From an uncultured Eubacteriales bacterium (GTDB lineage: Bacteria; Bacillota; Clostridia; Christensenellales; Aristaeellaceae): a stretch of DNA of 32,000 nucleotides. Made by a program: the position numbers and the translations under genes. Every line of letters starts with the position of its first letter. The stretch's first letter is position 1. The DNA lies in NCBI GenBank assembly GCA_902781945.1, contig CACZLE010000029.1:26395-58394 (forward strand), read 5' to 3'. Under the pieces are notes generated by a model that saw nothing but the letters and a program-made list of their open reading frames with translations, did no database searches and was not told the DNA's origin. Below, one piece after another: positions 7,416 through 15,692 of this stretch.

Positions 7416-8291
7416 ATGATTGATATGACCCCCTGGCAAACCATCGCAGCCCAGCGCATCCATGACCGGCCCGACGCCCCCGGGCGCATGCAGGGCAAGG
7501 TGGCCCTGATCACCGGCGCGGCCCAGGGCTTCGGCCTGGGCATCGCCCAGATCCTCCACCGGGAGGGGGCCGCCGTGATGCTGGCGGATTACAACCTGCC
7601 CCTGGCCCAGAAAGAAGCAGAAAAAATGGGTAATCGCGCCCAGGCCGTCTATGCGGACGTATCCCGGGAAGCCGACGTGGCCGCCATGGTGGGCCGCACG
7701 GTGGAGGCCTTTGGCGGCATCGACCTGCTGGTCAACAACGCAGGCATCGTGCGCTCCGGCTCCCTGCAAGCCCTGGAGGCGGCGGATTTCGAGCGCGTCA
7801 CCGCCGTCAACTACACCGCCTTTTTCCTGTGCGCCAAGTATGTTTCCGCCGTCATGCAGGCCCAGCACGAGGCCGATCCCGCCTGGTCGGGGGATATTGT
7901 GGCCGTCAATTCCAAGTCCGGCCTGGTGGGCTCCAACCGCAATTTCGCCTACGCGGGCTCCAAATTCGGCGGCATCGGCCTGGTGCAGTCCTTCGCCCTG
8001 GAGCTGTGCCCCGCCCGAATCAAGGTCAACGCCGTGTGCCCGGGCAACTTCCTGGACGGCCCCCTGTGGTCCGATCCCGAAAACGGCCTGTTCGTCCAGT
8101 ATCTGCGGGCGGGCAAGGTGCCCGGGGCCCAGACCGTGGCCGACGTGCGCCGCTTCTACGAGGCCAAGGTGCCCATGAACCGCGGCTGCCTGCCCGAGGA
8201 CGTGGGCCGGGCCGTGCTCTACTGCGTGGAGCAGCAATATGAAACCGGCCAGGCCATCCCCGTCACCGGCGGCCAGGTCATGCTGAGCTGA
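7416..8291 (+). CDS. Short-chain dehydrogenase/reductase, sorbitol-6-phosphate 2-dehydrogenase-like
   Basis: Cofactor motif GKVALITGAAQGFG; NNAG; catalytic YAGSKFG. The C-terminal PMNRGC...GQAIPVTGGQVM resembles SrlD-type SDRs. GAAGG lies 7 nt before the ATG. Confidence 0.8.
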   Translation: MIDMTPWQTIAAQRIHDRPDAPGRMQGKVALITGAAQGFGLGIAQILHREGAAVMLADYNLPLAQKEAEKMGNRAQAVYADVSREADVAAMVGRTVEAFGGIDLLVNNAGIVRSGSLQALEAADFERVTAVNYTAFFLCAKYVSAVMQAQHEADPAWSGDIVAVNSKSGLVGSNRNFAYAGSKFGGIGLVQSFALELCPARIKVNAVCPGNFLDGPLWSDPENGLFVQYLRAGKVPGAQTVADVRRFYEAKVPMNRGCLPEDVGRAVLYCVEQQYETGQAIPVTGGQVMLS

Positions 8292-8303
8292 TCAAGGAAG
8301 CTA

Positions 8304-8332
8304 TTCATTTTTCGCGCCATCCGTGGTATACT
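8304..8332 (+). promoter_or_regulatory. Candidate extended -10 promoter for the M16 peptidase cluster
   Basis: TGgTATACT at 8324-8332. A weak -35 TTCATT at 8304-8309 gives a 17-nt spacer. Confidence 0.35.
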
Positions 8333-8364
8333 ATCCTTATCCTGTTTCAAGAGGTATTTTTTAC

Positions 8365-9603
8365 ATGGTCCAGCAATTTACCCTGCAAAACGGCCTGCGC
8401 GTCATCGCGGAGCCCCTCCCCCACCTGCGCTCGGTGTCCATCGGCGTGTGGGTGCGGGCGGGCTCCATCCTGGAAAGCCCCGAGCAAAACGGCCTTTCCC
8501 ACTTTATCGAGCATCTGGCCTTCAAGGGCACGGCCCGGCGCAGCGCCCGGCAGATCGCCCAGGAGATGGACGCCGTGGGCGGCTATCTCAACGCCGCCAC
8601 CAGCAAGCTGTCCACCACCTATTACGCCAAGGTCATCGACGAGGACCTGGACCTGGCCGCCGACATCCTGGCGGACATCGTGATCCATCCCGCCTATGAC
8701 GAAAAAGAAATGAACAAGGAGCGCTCCGTGGTGCTGGAGGAGATCAGCATGACGGACGACAGCCCGGAGGACGTGGCCTACGATCTCATCGCCGCCGCCA
8801 TGTTTGGCGATCAGCCCCTGGGCCGCACCATCCTGGGTCCCCGGGAGATCATCGAAGGCTGCTCCCGGGAGGACATTCTGGCCTATCGCGCCCGGCATTA
8901 CAGCCCCATGAACGCCTGTGTGGCCGTGGCGGGCAATTTTGAGATGAACCAGCTCCGGGAGATCCTGGAAAAGCACTTCGGTTCCTGGCAGGGCAGCGCG
9001 GGGGAACTCTACCCCGTCAACCTGGTCAACCGCGCCCCCGGCGTCCTGACCGCCGACAAGGACACCGAGCAGGCCCACGTTTGCCTGGGCTACAACGGAA
9101 AAGAGCTGGGCAGCGACGACGTGTACGCCATGGCCGTGTTCAACAGCGTCCTGGGCGGCGGCATGAGCAGCCGGCTCTTCCAGCGCATCCGGGAGGAGAG
9201 CGCCATGGCGTACAGCGTCTATTCCGCGCCCTCCGCCTATCCCCATTGCGGCGATTTTACGGTCTACGCCGCCGTATCCCCCAAGAACGTCCGGGCCGTG
9301 GTGGCCGAAATCGACGACGAGATCGAAAAGCTGTTAAAAGACGGCATCACCGACGAGGAATTCCGCATGGCCAAGGCCCAGCTAAAGGGCGGCTTCATCC
9401 TGGGGCAGGAGAGCGCCTACAACCGCATGAACGGCATGGGCAGCAACCTGGCCCTGCTGAACCGCTACATCAGCACCGAGGAGACCATCCGCCGCATCGA
9501 AGCCGTCACCCGCGACGACGCCCAGCGCGTGGCGGAGGAAACCCTGCGCGGCCCCCGCAGCGAGGCCTATGTAGGCAAGAAAATCACCAAATACTTGAAA
9601 TAA
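8365..9603 (+). CDS. M16 family zinc peptidase (pitrilysin/insulinase-like)
   Basis: Inverted zinc motif HFIEHLAFKG near the N-terminus. AAGAGG at 8349-8354 precedes ATG 8365. 412 aa. Confidence 0.9.
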   Translation: MVQQFTLQNGLRVIAEPLPHLRSVSIGVWVRAGSILESPEQNGLSHFIEHLAFKGTARRSARQIAQEMDAVGGYLNAATSKLSTTYYAKVIDEDLDLAADILADIVIHPAYDEKEMNKERSVVLEEISMTDDSPEDVAYDLIAAAMFGDQPLGRTILGPREIIEGCSREDILAYRARHYSPMNACVAVAGNFEMNQLREILEKHFGSWQGSAGELYPVNLVNRAPGVLTADKDTEQAHVCLGYNGKELGSDDVYAMAVFNSVLGGGMSSRLFQRIREESAMAYSVYSAPSAYPHCGDFTVYAAVSPKNVRAVVAEIDDEIEKLLKDGITDEEFRMAKAQLKGGFILGQESAYNRMNGMGSNLALLNRYISTEETIRRIEAVTRDDAQRVAEETLRGPRSEAYVGKKITKYLK

Positions 9604-9615
9604 TTGGAGGCTGCC

Positions 9616-9975
9616 ATGGATCGTCTGGATGAAATTTTCCGCATGCAAAAGGCCCTGAACGACGACATCATCGCCCGCCGCCACCTGGAGGGCATCAGCG
9701 ATACCGAATGGATCCAGAAGCAAACCCTGGCCATGCTCAGCGAGATGGCCGAATTGCTTAATGAAGTCAACTTCAAATGGTGGAAGAATCCCAAGCCCGT
9801 GGACGACCACGCCGTCAAGGAAGAGCTGGTGGACATCCTGCACTTCTTCGTCAGCATGTGCCTGCGGGCGGGCATGACGCCCCAGGAGATGTATGATATT
9901 TACATGGAAAAGAACAAGGAAAACTTCAACCGCCAGCTGGGACTGAGCAGCAAAGAGGGCTATAAAGCGCCCTGA
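9616..9975 (+). CDS. All-alpha NTP pyrophosphatase, dimeric dUTPase-like (MazG superfamily)
   Basis: GGAGG at 9606-9610 precedes ATG 9616. Motifs LSEMAELLNEVNFKWWK and EELVDILHFFVS are typical of dimeric dUTPase-type proteins. Confidence 0.65.
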   Translation: MDRLDEIFRMQKALNDDIIARRHLEGISDTEWIQKQTLAMLSEMAELLNEVNFKWWKNPKPVDDHAVKEELVDILHFFVSMCLRAGMTPQEMYDIYMEKNKENFNRQLGLSSKEGYKAP

Positions 9976-9986
9976 AAGGAGCCGCC

Positions 9987-10793
9987 ATGAAGATCTTCAT
10001 TTCCGCCGACATCGAAGGCACCACGGGCATCGCCCATTGGAACGAGACCGAAAAGAACCATCCCGACTGGAAGTACTTTGCCGACCAGATGACCCGGGAG
10101 GTGGCCGCCGCCTGCCAGGGCGCCATGGACGCGGGCTGTGAGGATATCGTGGTCAAGGACGCCCACGATTCCGCCCGCAACATCGATCCCCGGGGCCTGC
10201 CGGAGTGCGCCCGTCTCCATCGCGGCTGGGCCGGTCTGCCCGGCTCCATGATGATGTGCCTGGACGGCAGCTTTGACGGCTGCGTGTTCACCGGCTATCA
10301 CAGCGGAGCCAGCTGGGACACCAGCCCTCTGTCCCACACCATGAACCTGGGCAACTACTACGTCCTCATCAACGGCCAGCGCATCTCCGAAATGACCATC
10401 AACGCCCTCCTGGCCAGCTATTACAAGGTTCCGCTGCTCTGCGTCACCGGCGACAAGGGCATCTGCGACGCCGCCAAGGCCGCCAACCCCAACATCGAAA
10501 CCGTAGCCGTCAACGAGGGCTGCGGCAACGGCGTGCTGTCCATCCATCCCGATCTGGCCGTCCGCCGTATCCGCGAGGCCGTGGCCCGCGCCCTGCAAAA
10601 GCCCGACCTCTCCGTCATGCTCTACCCCATGCCCGAGCATTTTGACGTGCAGATCTGCTACAAAAAGCACCAGTCCGCCCTCAGCGCCTGCCAGTATCCC
10701 GGCGTCCGCCGCGTGGACGACACCACCGTGGGCTTTGAGACGGACGACTACCTGGAGGTCCTGCGGGCATTCAAGTTCATTCTGAGTGATTGA
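9987..10793 (+). CDS. M55 family D-aminopeptidase (DppA-type)
   Basis: MKIFISADIEGTTGI...VKDAHDSARN is the M55 N-terminal signature. AAGGAG lies 6 nt upstream of the start. Confidence 0.85.
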   Translation: MKIFISADIEGTTGIAHWNETEKNHPDWKYFADQMTREVAAACQGAMDAGCEDIVVKDAHDSARNIDPRGLPECARLHRGWAGLPGSMMMCLDGSFDGCVFTGYHSGASWDTSPLSHTMNLGNYYVLINGQRISEMTINALLASYYKVPLLCVTGDKGICDAAKAANPNIETVAVNEGCGNGVLSIHPDLAVRRIREAVARALQKPDLSVMLYPMPEHFDVQICYKKHQSALSACQYPGVRRVDDTTVGFETDDYLEVLRAFKFILSD

Positions 10794-10835
10794 CGGGAAA
10801 AGGGATACGCGCTTTCTAAAACTGCTTATATTAAA

Positions 10836-10994
10836 AAGATCCTTCGGCTTCTCTTACGCTCCGCTCAGGATGTCATCGTTTGGTTGCGATATCCTTGCTT
10901 ATTGGCAAAAATAGCTGTAAAACAGCCAAGAAACAATGGATAAAGAACCGATTGATGTCATCCTGAGCGAAGCGCAGCGGAGTCGAAGGATCTT
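10836..10994. repeat. Two inverted copies of a ~41-bp repeat unit (GATGnCATCCTGAGCG...GAAGGATCTT) separated by 76 nt
   Basis: Left arm 10836-10877, right arm 10954-10994. Complementarity is perfect over the outer 11 bp and 15/16 over the inner block, with a diverged middle. It lies between convergent genes. Confidence 0.7.
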
Positions 10995-11048
10995 ATTCAT
11001 TCAAATGCTTGTCAAGCCGAACTTACTTTGAGCCTTCACCGCATCCCC

Positions 11049-11684
11049 TTATTTCCCCAGCAGCGGCCTGGAAATGTGCTCGTTGCACCATTCGATCACC
11101 GGGCCCATGCAGAAAGCCGTCAGGATGGTGCCCACGCCCGCGATGGCGGTGAGCTCCTGGAAGGTCTTGCCCGACAGCAGGAACAGCACGCTGCCCAGCA
11201 GCACGCAGATCACATCCGTCAGGATGCGGCAATAGCGAAAGCGCATCTTGTGCCAGGTTTCGCTGATGATCAGCGCCACGGCGTCATAGGTGGAGACGCC
11301 CAGATCGGCGGTGATGTACAGCGATCCCATGGCGGACAATCCCAGCAGGGCCACGGGCACCAGCACGACGCGCAGGGCCATGGAGGGAGCGGGGATCAGG
11401 CCGCACAGGGTCTTGTAGGTGAATTCCACCACATAGCCCAGCAGAAACATGTTGATCAGCGTGGCCAGGCCAATATAGTGCCGGTCCGCGATCAGCGCGA
11501 AGGTCAGCAGCAGGGCGTTTAATATCACGTACAGAGTCCCAAAGGAAATGGGGATCATGGCGTGGGCTCCGTTGACGAAGCACTGAAAGGGATCCACGCC
11601 AAAGGCGATAAACTGAAACAGTCCGGCAAACATGCCGCCCACCAGCACGCCCGCCACGCTCATCAAAATCCTTCTCGTTTTCAT
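11049..11684 (-). CDS. YczE/YyaS/YitT-family (DUF6198-like) integral membrane protein
   Basis: 211 aa and polytopic, with an ADLGVSTYDAV motif. GGGAGGA precedes the ATG. An ATGA overlap joins its start to the upstream gene's stop. Confidence 0.7.
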   Translation of the reverse strand: MKTRRILMSVAGVLVGGMFAGLFQFIAFGVDPFQCFVNGAHAMIPISFGTLYVILNALLLTFALIADRHYIGLATLINMFLLGYVVEFTYKTLCGLIPAPSMALRVVLVPVALLGLSAMGSLYITADLGVSTYDAVALIISETWHKMRFRYCRILTDVICVLLGSVLFLLSGKTFQELTAIAGVGTILTAFCMGPVIEWCNEHISRPLLGK

Positions 11685-12586
11685 TCCGCGATCCTCCCGG
11701 TTTTCACCGCCATCCGCTGGCCGCCCTCATTCAGCTCCTGGTCCACCAGCCAGTATTGGCCGTTGGTTTCCAGATGAATGGGACCCCAGGTGGCAAAATC
11801 ATGGGGTATGCCGTATTGCTCCAGCTGCTCCCGGGCCTCGGGCGTGTTGTAATAGCTATGGGTAAAGAAGCAGTATTCCGGATCGATGTTCTCCAGGAAT
11901 TCCCTGTACACGCTGTTCAGCCCATGATGGGGAAACTTGAACAGGTCGGCCTTCAGGTCGTGGGTCTGGGCCACATAGAGCTGGACCGAGGCGATCAGAT
12001 CGGCGCACAGCAGGGCGGAGCAATCGCCATATTTGACGCGCAGCATGGCGCTCATGGGGTTGGGGTTTTCGTACTTGGTCTGGCAGATCACTTCCATCTT
12101 CGCCCCGCCAAAGGGAAAGGTGTAGCCGTCGTGGACGATCAGCACGGGCACCCCCGCTTCCTGCAGGGCCTTGACGGTCTTTACCTGGATCACGTCCGGG
12201 CCGGTGTAATCCACCGGGAACACGGTCATGAACAGGTCCACCGGATAATCCTGCAAAATCTGGATCATGCACCCCAGATGATCGTCGTGGGGATGGGTGT
12301 TGTAGGCCAGGTCGATGCGCTCCACGCCCAGGGCCTCCAATTGCTCCTTGATGACGGGATAATCGTTGGCCTTGCCCATATCGCACAGCATGGTAAAGCC
12401 TCCGCACTGCAAAATCATGCAATCCGCGCCCAGCAGCGGACACACGTGAAGCTGAAAAGTAGGCTCGCCTTCGGCAAAATCCTCTTTTTCGCCCGCGCGA
12501 TAGACTCTTTTCACATTTTCCGCCTGACCGCCAAAGGCCGCCAGGCACAGAACCAGCAGCAGCAAAATGGCAACGGTCTTCTTCAT
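11681..12586 (-). CDS. Secreted MBL-fold metallo-hydrolase
   Basis: Signal peptide MKKTVAILLLLVLCLAAFGG; metal motif HPHDDHLG. I prefer ATG 12586 (AAGGAG 8 nt upstream) over the track's GTG at 12592. Confidence 0.85.
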   Translation of the reverse strand: MKKTVAILLLLVLCLAAFGGQAENVKRVYRAGEKEDFAEGEPTFQLHVCPLLGADCMILQCGGFTMLCDMGKANDYPVIKEQLEALGVERIDLAYNTHPHDDHLGCMIQILQDYPVDLFMTVFPVDYTGPDVIQVKTVKALQEAGVPVLIVHDGYTFPFGGAKMEVICQTKYENPNPMSAMLRVKYGDCSALLCADLIASVQLYVAQTHDLKADLFKFPHHGLNSVYREFLENIDPEYCFFTHSYYNTPEAREQLEQYGIPHDFATWGPIHLETNGQYWLVDQELNEGGQRMAVKTGRIAE

Positions 12587-12588
12587 GC

Positions 12589-13989
12589 TCACAGCTCCTT
12601 GATTTGTTTCTGATTGACGATCCTGTGCAGCAGGTACAGGGCGAACGCCGCGCCCAGCCCCTCGCCCACCGGCAGAGCGGACGCCAGGCCCACCTCGCCA
12701 AAGAGCTTATCCAGCAGGAACATCAGCGGGATGTAGAACACCAGCTCCCGCACAAAGGCGTGCAGCAGGGTGGCCTTGCCGTTGCCCATGGCCTGCATAC
12801 AATAGGAGGCGTGATAGTTGGTCATCTGCACGGGAGAGGCGACGCACCGGATGCGCAGGAACAGCGCGGCATAGGCCACAGTGACCAGGGCGGTTTCCGC
12901 GTCCCCGGTCTTGGTGCTCAGGAACAGCCGGGAGGCCGGATCGGCAAAGAGCTGGAACAGCAGGATGCACAGGCCGGACACGATCAGCCCCACCTTGCGG
13001 GTCAGGTTGATGGTCTTTTTCATGCGCTCGTGATTGCCGGCGGAATAGTTATAGGCCACAATGGGCATCATGCCCTGGCACAGGCCCACGTTGATGGCGT
13101 TGGGGATGCGCTCCACCTTCATCACGATGCCCATGCCCGCCAGCACCAGGTCGTTGTGGGCGGCGGCGATGATGTTCACGCAGATATTGGCCAGGTCAAA
13201 CAGGCCCGTCAGCAGCGCCGAGGGCACGCCCACGGAGAACACGCTCTTGACGCTCACCCGGTTCACAGCCCGGGCATGGCGAATGCCCAGGCTCAGGGGC
13301 GCTTCCCGGCCCGCCTTTTTGTAGGCCCACAGCAGATAAGCGCAGGCCGCCATGTTGGACAGGGTGGTGGCCAGGGCCGCGCCCGTCACCTCCTGACCCC
13401 GGGGCAAAAGCACAAACATGAACAGCGGGTCCAGGGCCACGTTCAGGATGCCGCCGCCGCTCAGGCCGATGCTGGCCTGGGTGGAATAGCCCGCGTTGCG
13501 CAACAGATGCGCCAGGGCCAGGGACAGGATGGAGGGCAGGCTGCCGATGACAATGACGATGAGGGCATAGCTGCGGGCATAATCGATGGTGGCGTCCGAC
13601 GCCCCCAGAAAGCGCAGCACGGGGTCCAGGAAAATGCCGATCAGCGCGGAATACACCACCGCGATGGTAACGGCCCCGTAGACGGGAAAGGCGCTGACGC
13701 GCTTGGCCTCCTCCTCGTTCCCGGCGCCCAGCAAGCGGGCCGTCAGGCTGCCGCCGCCCACGCCGAAGAGGTTGGAGAGAGCCACGTTCATCATCACCAT
13801 GGTCAGCGTCACCGAGGTGGCCGCCATCATGTAGCTGTTGCCCGTCCTGCCGATGAAGAAGGCGTCCACCATGTTATAGATCAGGTTGACCAATTGGCTG
13901 ATGATGGTGGGCACGGCCATGGTGTACAGCGCCTTGCCCACCGGGGCCGACGCGAACAGTTCACGCTTGTCTAATTTTGCCTTAGTCAC
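12589..13989 (-). CDS. MATE family efflux transporter
   Basis: 466 aa with about 12 TM segments and a typical MATE N-terminus (VGKALYTMAVPTIISQLVNLIYNMVDAFFIG). GTG start with AAAGGA 7 nt upstream. Confidence 0.9.
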   Translation of the reverse strand: MTKAKLDKRELFASAPVGKALYTMAVPTIISQLVNLIYNMVDAFFIGRTGNSYMMAATSVTLTMVMMNVALSNLFGVGGGSLTARLLGAGNEEEAKRVSAFPVYGAVTIAVVYSALIGIFLDPVLRFLGASDATIDYARSYALIVIVIGSLPSILSLALAHLLRNAGYSTQASIGLSGGGILNVALDPLFMFVLLPRGQEVTGAALATTLSNMAACAYLLWAYKKAGREAPLSLGIRHARAVNRVSVKSVFSVGVPSALLTGLFDLANICVNIIAAAHNDLVLAGMGIVMKVERIPNAINVGLCQGMMPIVAYNYSAGNHERMKKTINLTRKVGLIVSGLCILLFQLFADPASRLFLSTKTGDAETALVTVAYAALFLRIRCVASPVQMTNYHASYCMQAMGNGKATLLHAFVRELVFYIPLMFLLDKLFGEVGLASALPVGEGLGAAFALYLLHRIVNQKQIKEL

Positions 13990-14006
13990 AGGGTTGTCCT
14001 TTCTTT

Positions 14007-14269
14007 CCGGAAATCCAAGGTACTTCCGGCCTCTCCAATGCGCAAATCTCCCGGGGGATCGTCAAGGGGCGCACCCCTTGACTTTGATCCGCAGCGGCGA
14101 CCTGCGCGGCGCGAGGACAGAAAATTTCAGGAGGGAGCGCAGACGACCGGATGAAATTTTCTTTCCTTGCGGTTTTTCCGCCCGGGAGCCCTGAAAGGGC
14201 GAGAGGAAAAACCGTAACCGCGGGAGGAAAGCCTTTTCCTCCCGCGGCCATTCAGCGCCAGCTGAATGG
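14007..14269. repeat. Array of six consecutive strong hairpins between the rplT terminator and the MATE gene start
   Basis: Stems at 14007-14029, 14061-14082, 14120-14161, 14170-14214 (with an inner stem 14188-14200), 14218-14247 and 14248-14269. Confidence 0.55.
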
Positions 14270-14270
14270 A

Positions 14271-14308
14271 AACAAAAAACAAGCCCCGTCACACGAAGCG
14301 GGGCTTGT
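14271..14308 (-). terminator. Intrinsic terminator of the infC-rpmI-rplT operon
   Basis: Minus-strand ACAAGCCCCG-cttcgtgtga-CGGGGCTTGT followed by TTTTTTGTTT, 13 nt after the rplT stop. Confidence 0.8.
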
Positions 14309-14320
14309 GATGCATGCGCC

Positions 14321-14671
<351 letters not shown>

Positions 14672-14698
14672 GGTAAATCCTCCTTGCCGGAAATGGGC

Positions 14699-14899
14699 TT
14701 ATTTGTACGGGATCAGCGTGCGGATGGTGGCCGCTTCGGCCTTGTTCTGCAGCACGCCGCCCTTACGCATGTGACGGATGCGCTTGGTGGTCTTCTTGTT
14801 GAGGATATGGTTGCAGTTCATGCTCTTGTGCTTCACCTTGCCGGTCTTGGTCAAAGAGAAACGCTTGGCTGCACCACGATGGGTCTTTTGCTTGGGCAT
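14699..14899 (-). CDS. rpmI: 50S ribosomal protein L35
   Basis: MPKQKTHRGAAKRFSLTKTGKVKHK..., 66 aa, with an AAGGAGG SD. Confidence 0.97.
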   Translation of the reverse strand: MPKQKTHRGAAKRFSLTKTGKVKHKSMNCNHILNKKTTKRIRHMRKGGVLQNKAEAATIRTLIPYK

Positions 14900-14924
14900 G
14901 GGGTTTCCTCCTTCCGGAAATGAT

Positions 14925-15482
14925 TCAGCCTTCCGAATTCTGGGGTGCGTTTTTCGGGGCCTTCACAGGTTTATCCGCCTTGGGGCCCAGGATCATGATC
15001 ATGTGGCGGCCATCCAGCGCGGGGCGCTTTTCGACCACGGCCACGTCCTTGGTGCGCTCGATGAAATCCTGCATAACCTTAAGACCTATCTCGCTGTGCG
15101 TGATCTGCCGTCCGCGGAAGCGGATGCTGACCTTCACCTTGTCGCCGCCCTGCAGGAATTTGACGGCGTTCTTGGCCTTGGTCTGCACGTCGTTTTCCTC
15201 AATGGTGGCGGAAAGCTGCACTTCCTTGACGGAAATCGTCTTCTGATTTTTGCGCATTTCGCGCTCGCGCTTGGACTGCTCGTAGCGATGCTTGTCGTAG
15301 TCCATCAGCTTGCACACGGGGGGCTGGGCATTGGGCACGATCTTGACCAGGTCAAGCTCGGCCTGCTCGGCCAGCTCCATGGCGCGGGCAATGGGCAATA
15401 CGCCCAGCTGCGCGCCGTCAGCGCCGATCAGCCGGACCTCGCGGTCCCGGATTTCCTCGTTGATCATCAGTTCAGCGGCTAT
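14925..15482 (-). CDS. infC: Translation initiation factor IF-3, probable non-AUG (AUA) start
   Basis: INEEIRDREVRLIGADGAQLG... is the IF-3 N-domain. The only SD (GGAGGTG) lies 9 nt before in-frame ATA 15482 but 24 nt before the first ATG (15467). The exact start is uncertain. Confidence 0.9.
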   Translation of the reverse strand: MAAELMINEEIRDREVRLIGADGAQLGVLPIARAMELAEQAELDLVKIVPNAQPPVCKLMDYDKHRYEQSKREREMRKNQKTISVKEVQLSATIEENDVQTKAKNAVKFLQGGDKVKVSIRFRGRQITHSEIGLKVMQDFIERTKDVAVVEKRPALDGRHMIMILGPKADKPVKAPKNAPQNSEG

Positions 15483-15640
15483 GGGGATGCACCTCCATCA
15501 TGGTTCCGGTTTTTTCATGGAATAGAAAAAGCCGACGGATGAAACCACCCGCCGACATACTGATCTTGTATCATCGGATGCCTGCACCGGGCGAAACGAC
15601 ATTCGCAGGGTGAGGAGCGGGCGGCTCCTGCTTCATGCAA
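15483..15640 (-). promoter_or_regulatory. infC operon 5' leader (~160 nt), candidate L20-responsive leader
   Basis: A long untranslated leader runs from a consensus promoter to infC and contains a terminator hairpin. Position matches the L20 leader known in Bacillus; the family assignment is not verified. Confidence 0.45.
15521..15556 (-). terminator. Attenuator-type terminator inside the infC leader
   Basis: Minus-strand RNA GUCGGCGG-gugguuucau-CCGUCGGC followed by UUUUUCUAUU. Two G-U pairs mean the stem forms only in the minus-strand transcript. Confidence 0.5.
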
Positions 15641-15645
15641 CGAAT

Positions 15646-15674
15646 ATTATAACAAACAACCTCCGCCCTGTCAA
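15646..15674 (-). promoter_or_regulatory. Consensus sigma-A promoter of the infC-rpmI-rplT operon
   Basis: On the minus strand: TTGACA (15669-15674), 17 nt, TATAAT (15646-15651). Confidence 0.75.
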
Positions 15675-15692
15675 GGGGCAAACGGCATTTTT

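Noticed and set aside
7029-8237. 402-aa minus-strand ORF spanning the 7126-7415 intergenic region and the SDR gene
   Set aside because: It is antisense to a convincing SDR frame, has no SD and is low-complexity. The same reasoning applies to 8347-9246, 9960-10670, 11756-13974, 26713-27807, 27795-28856 and 30348-31886.
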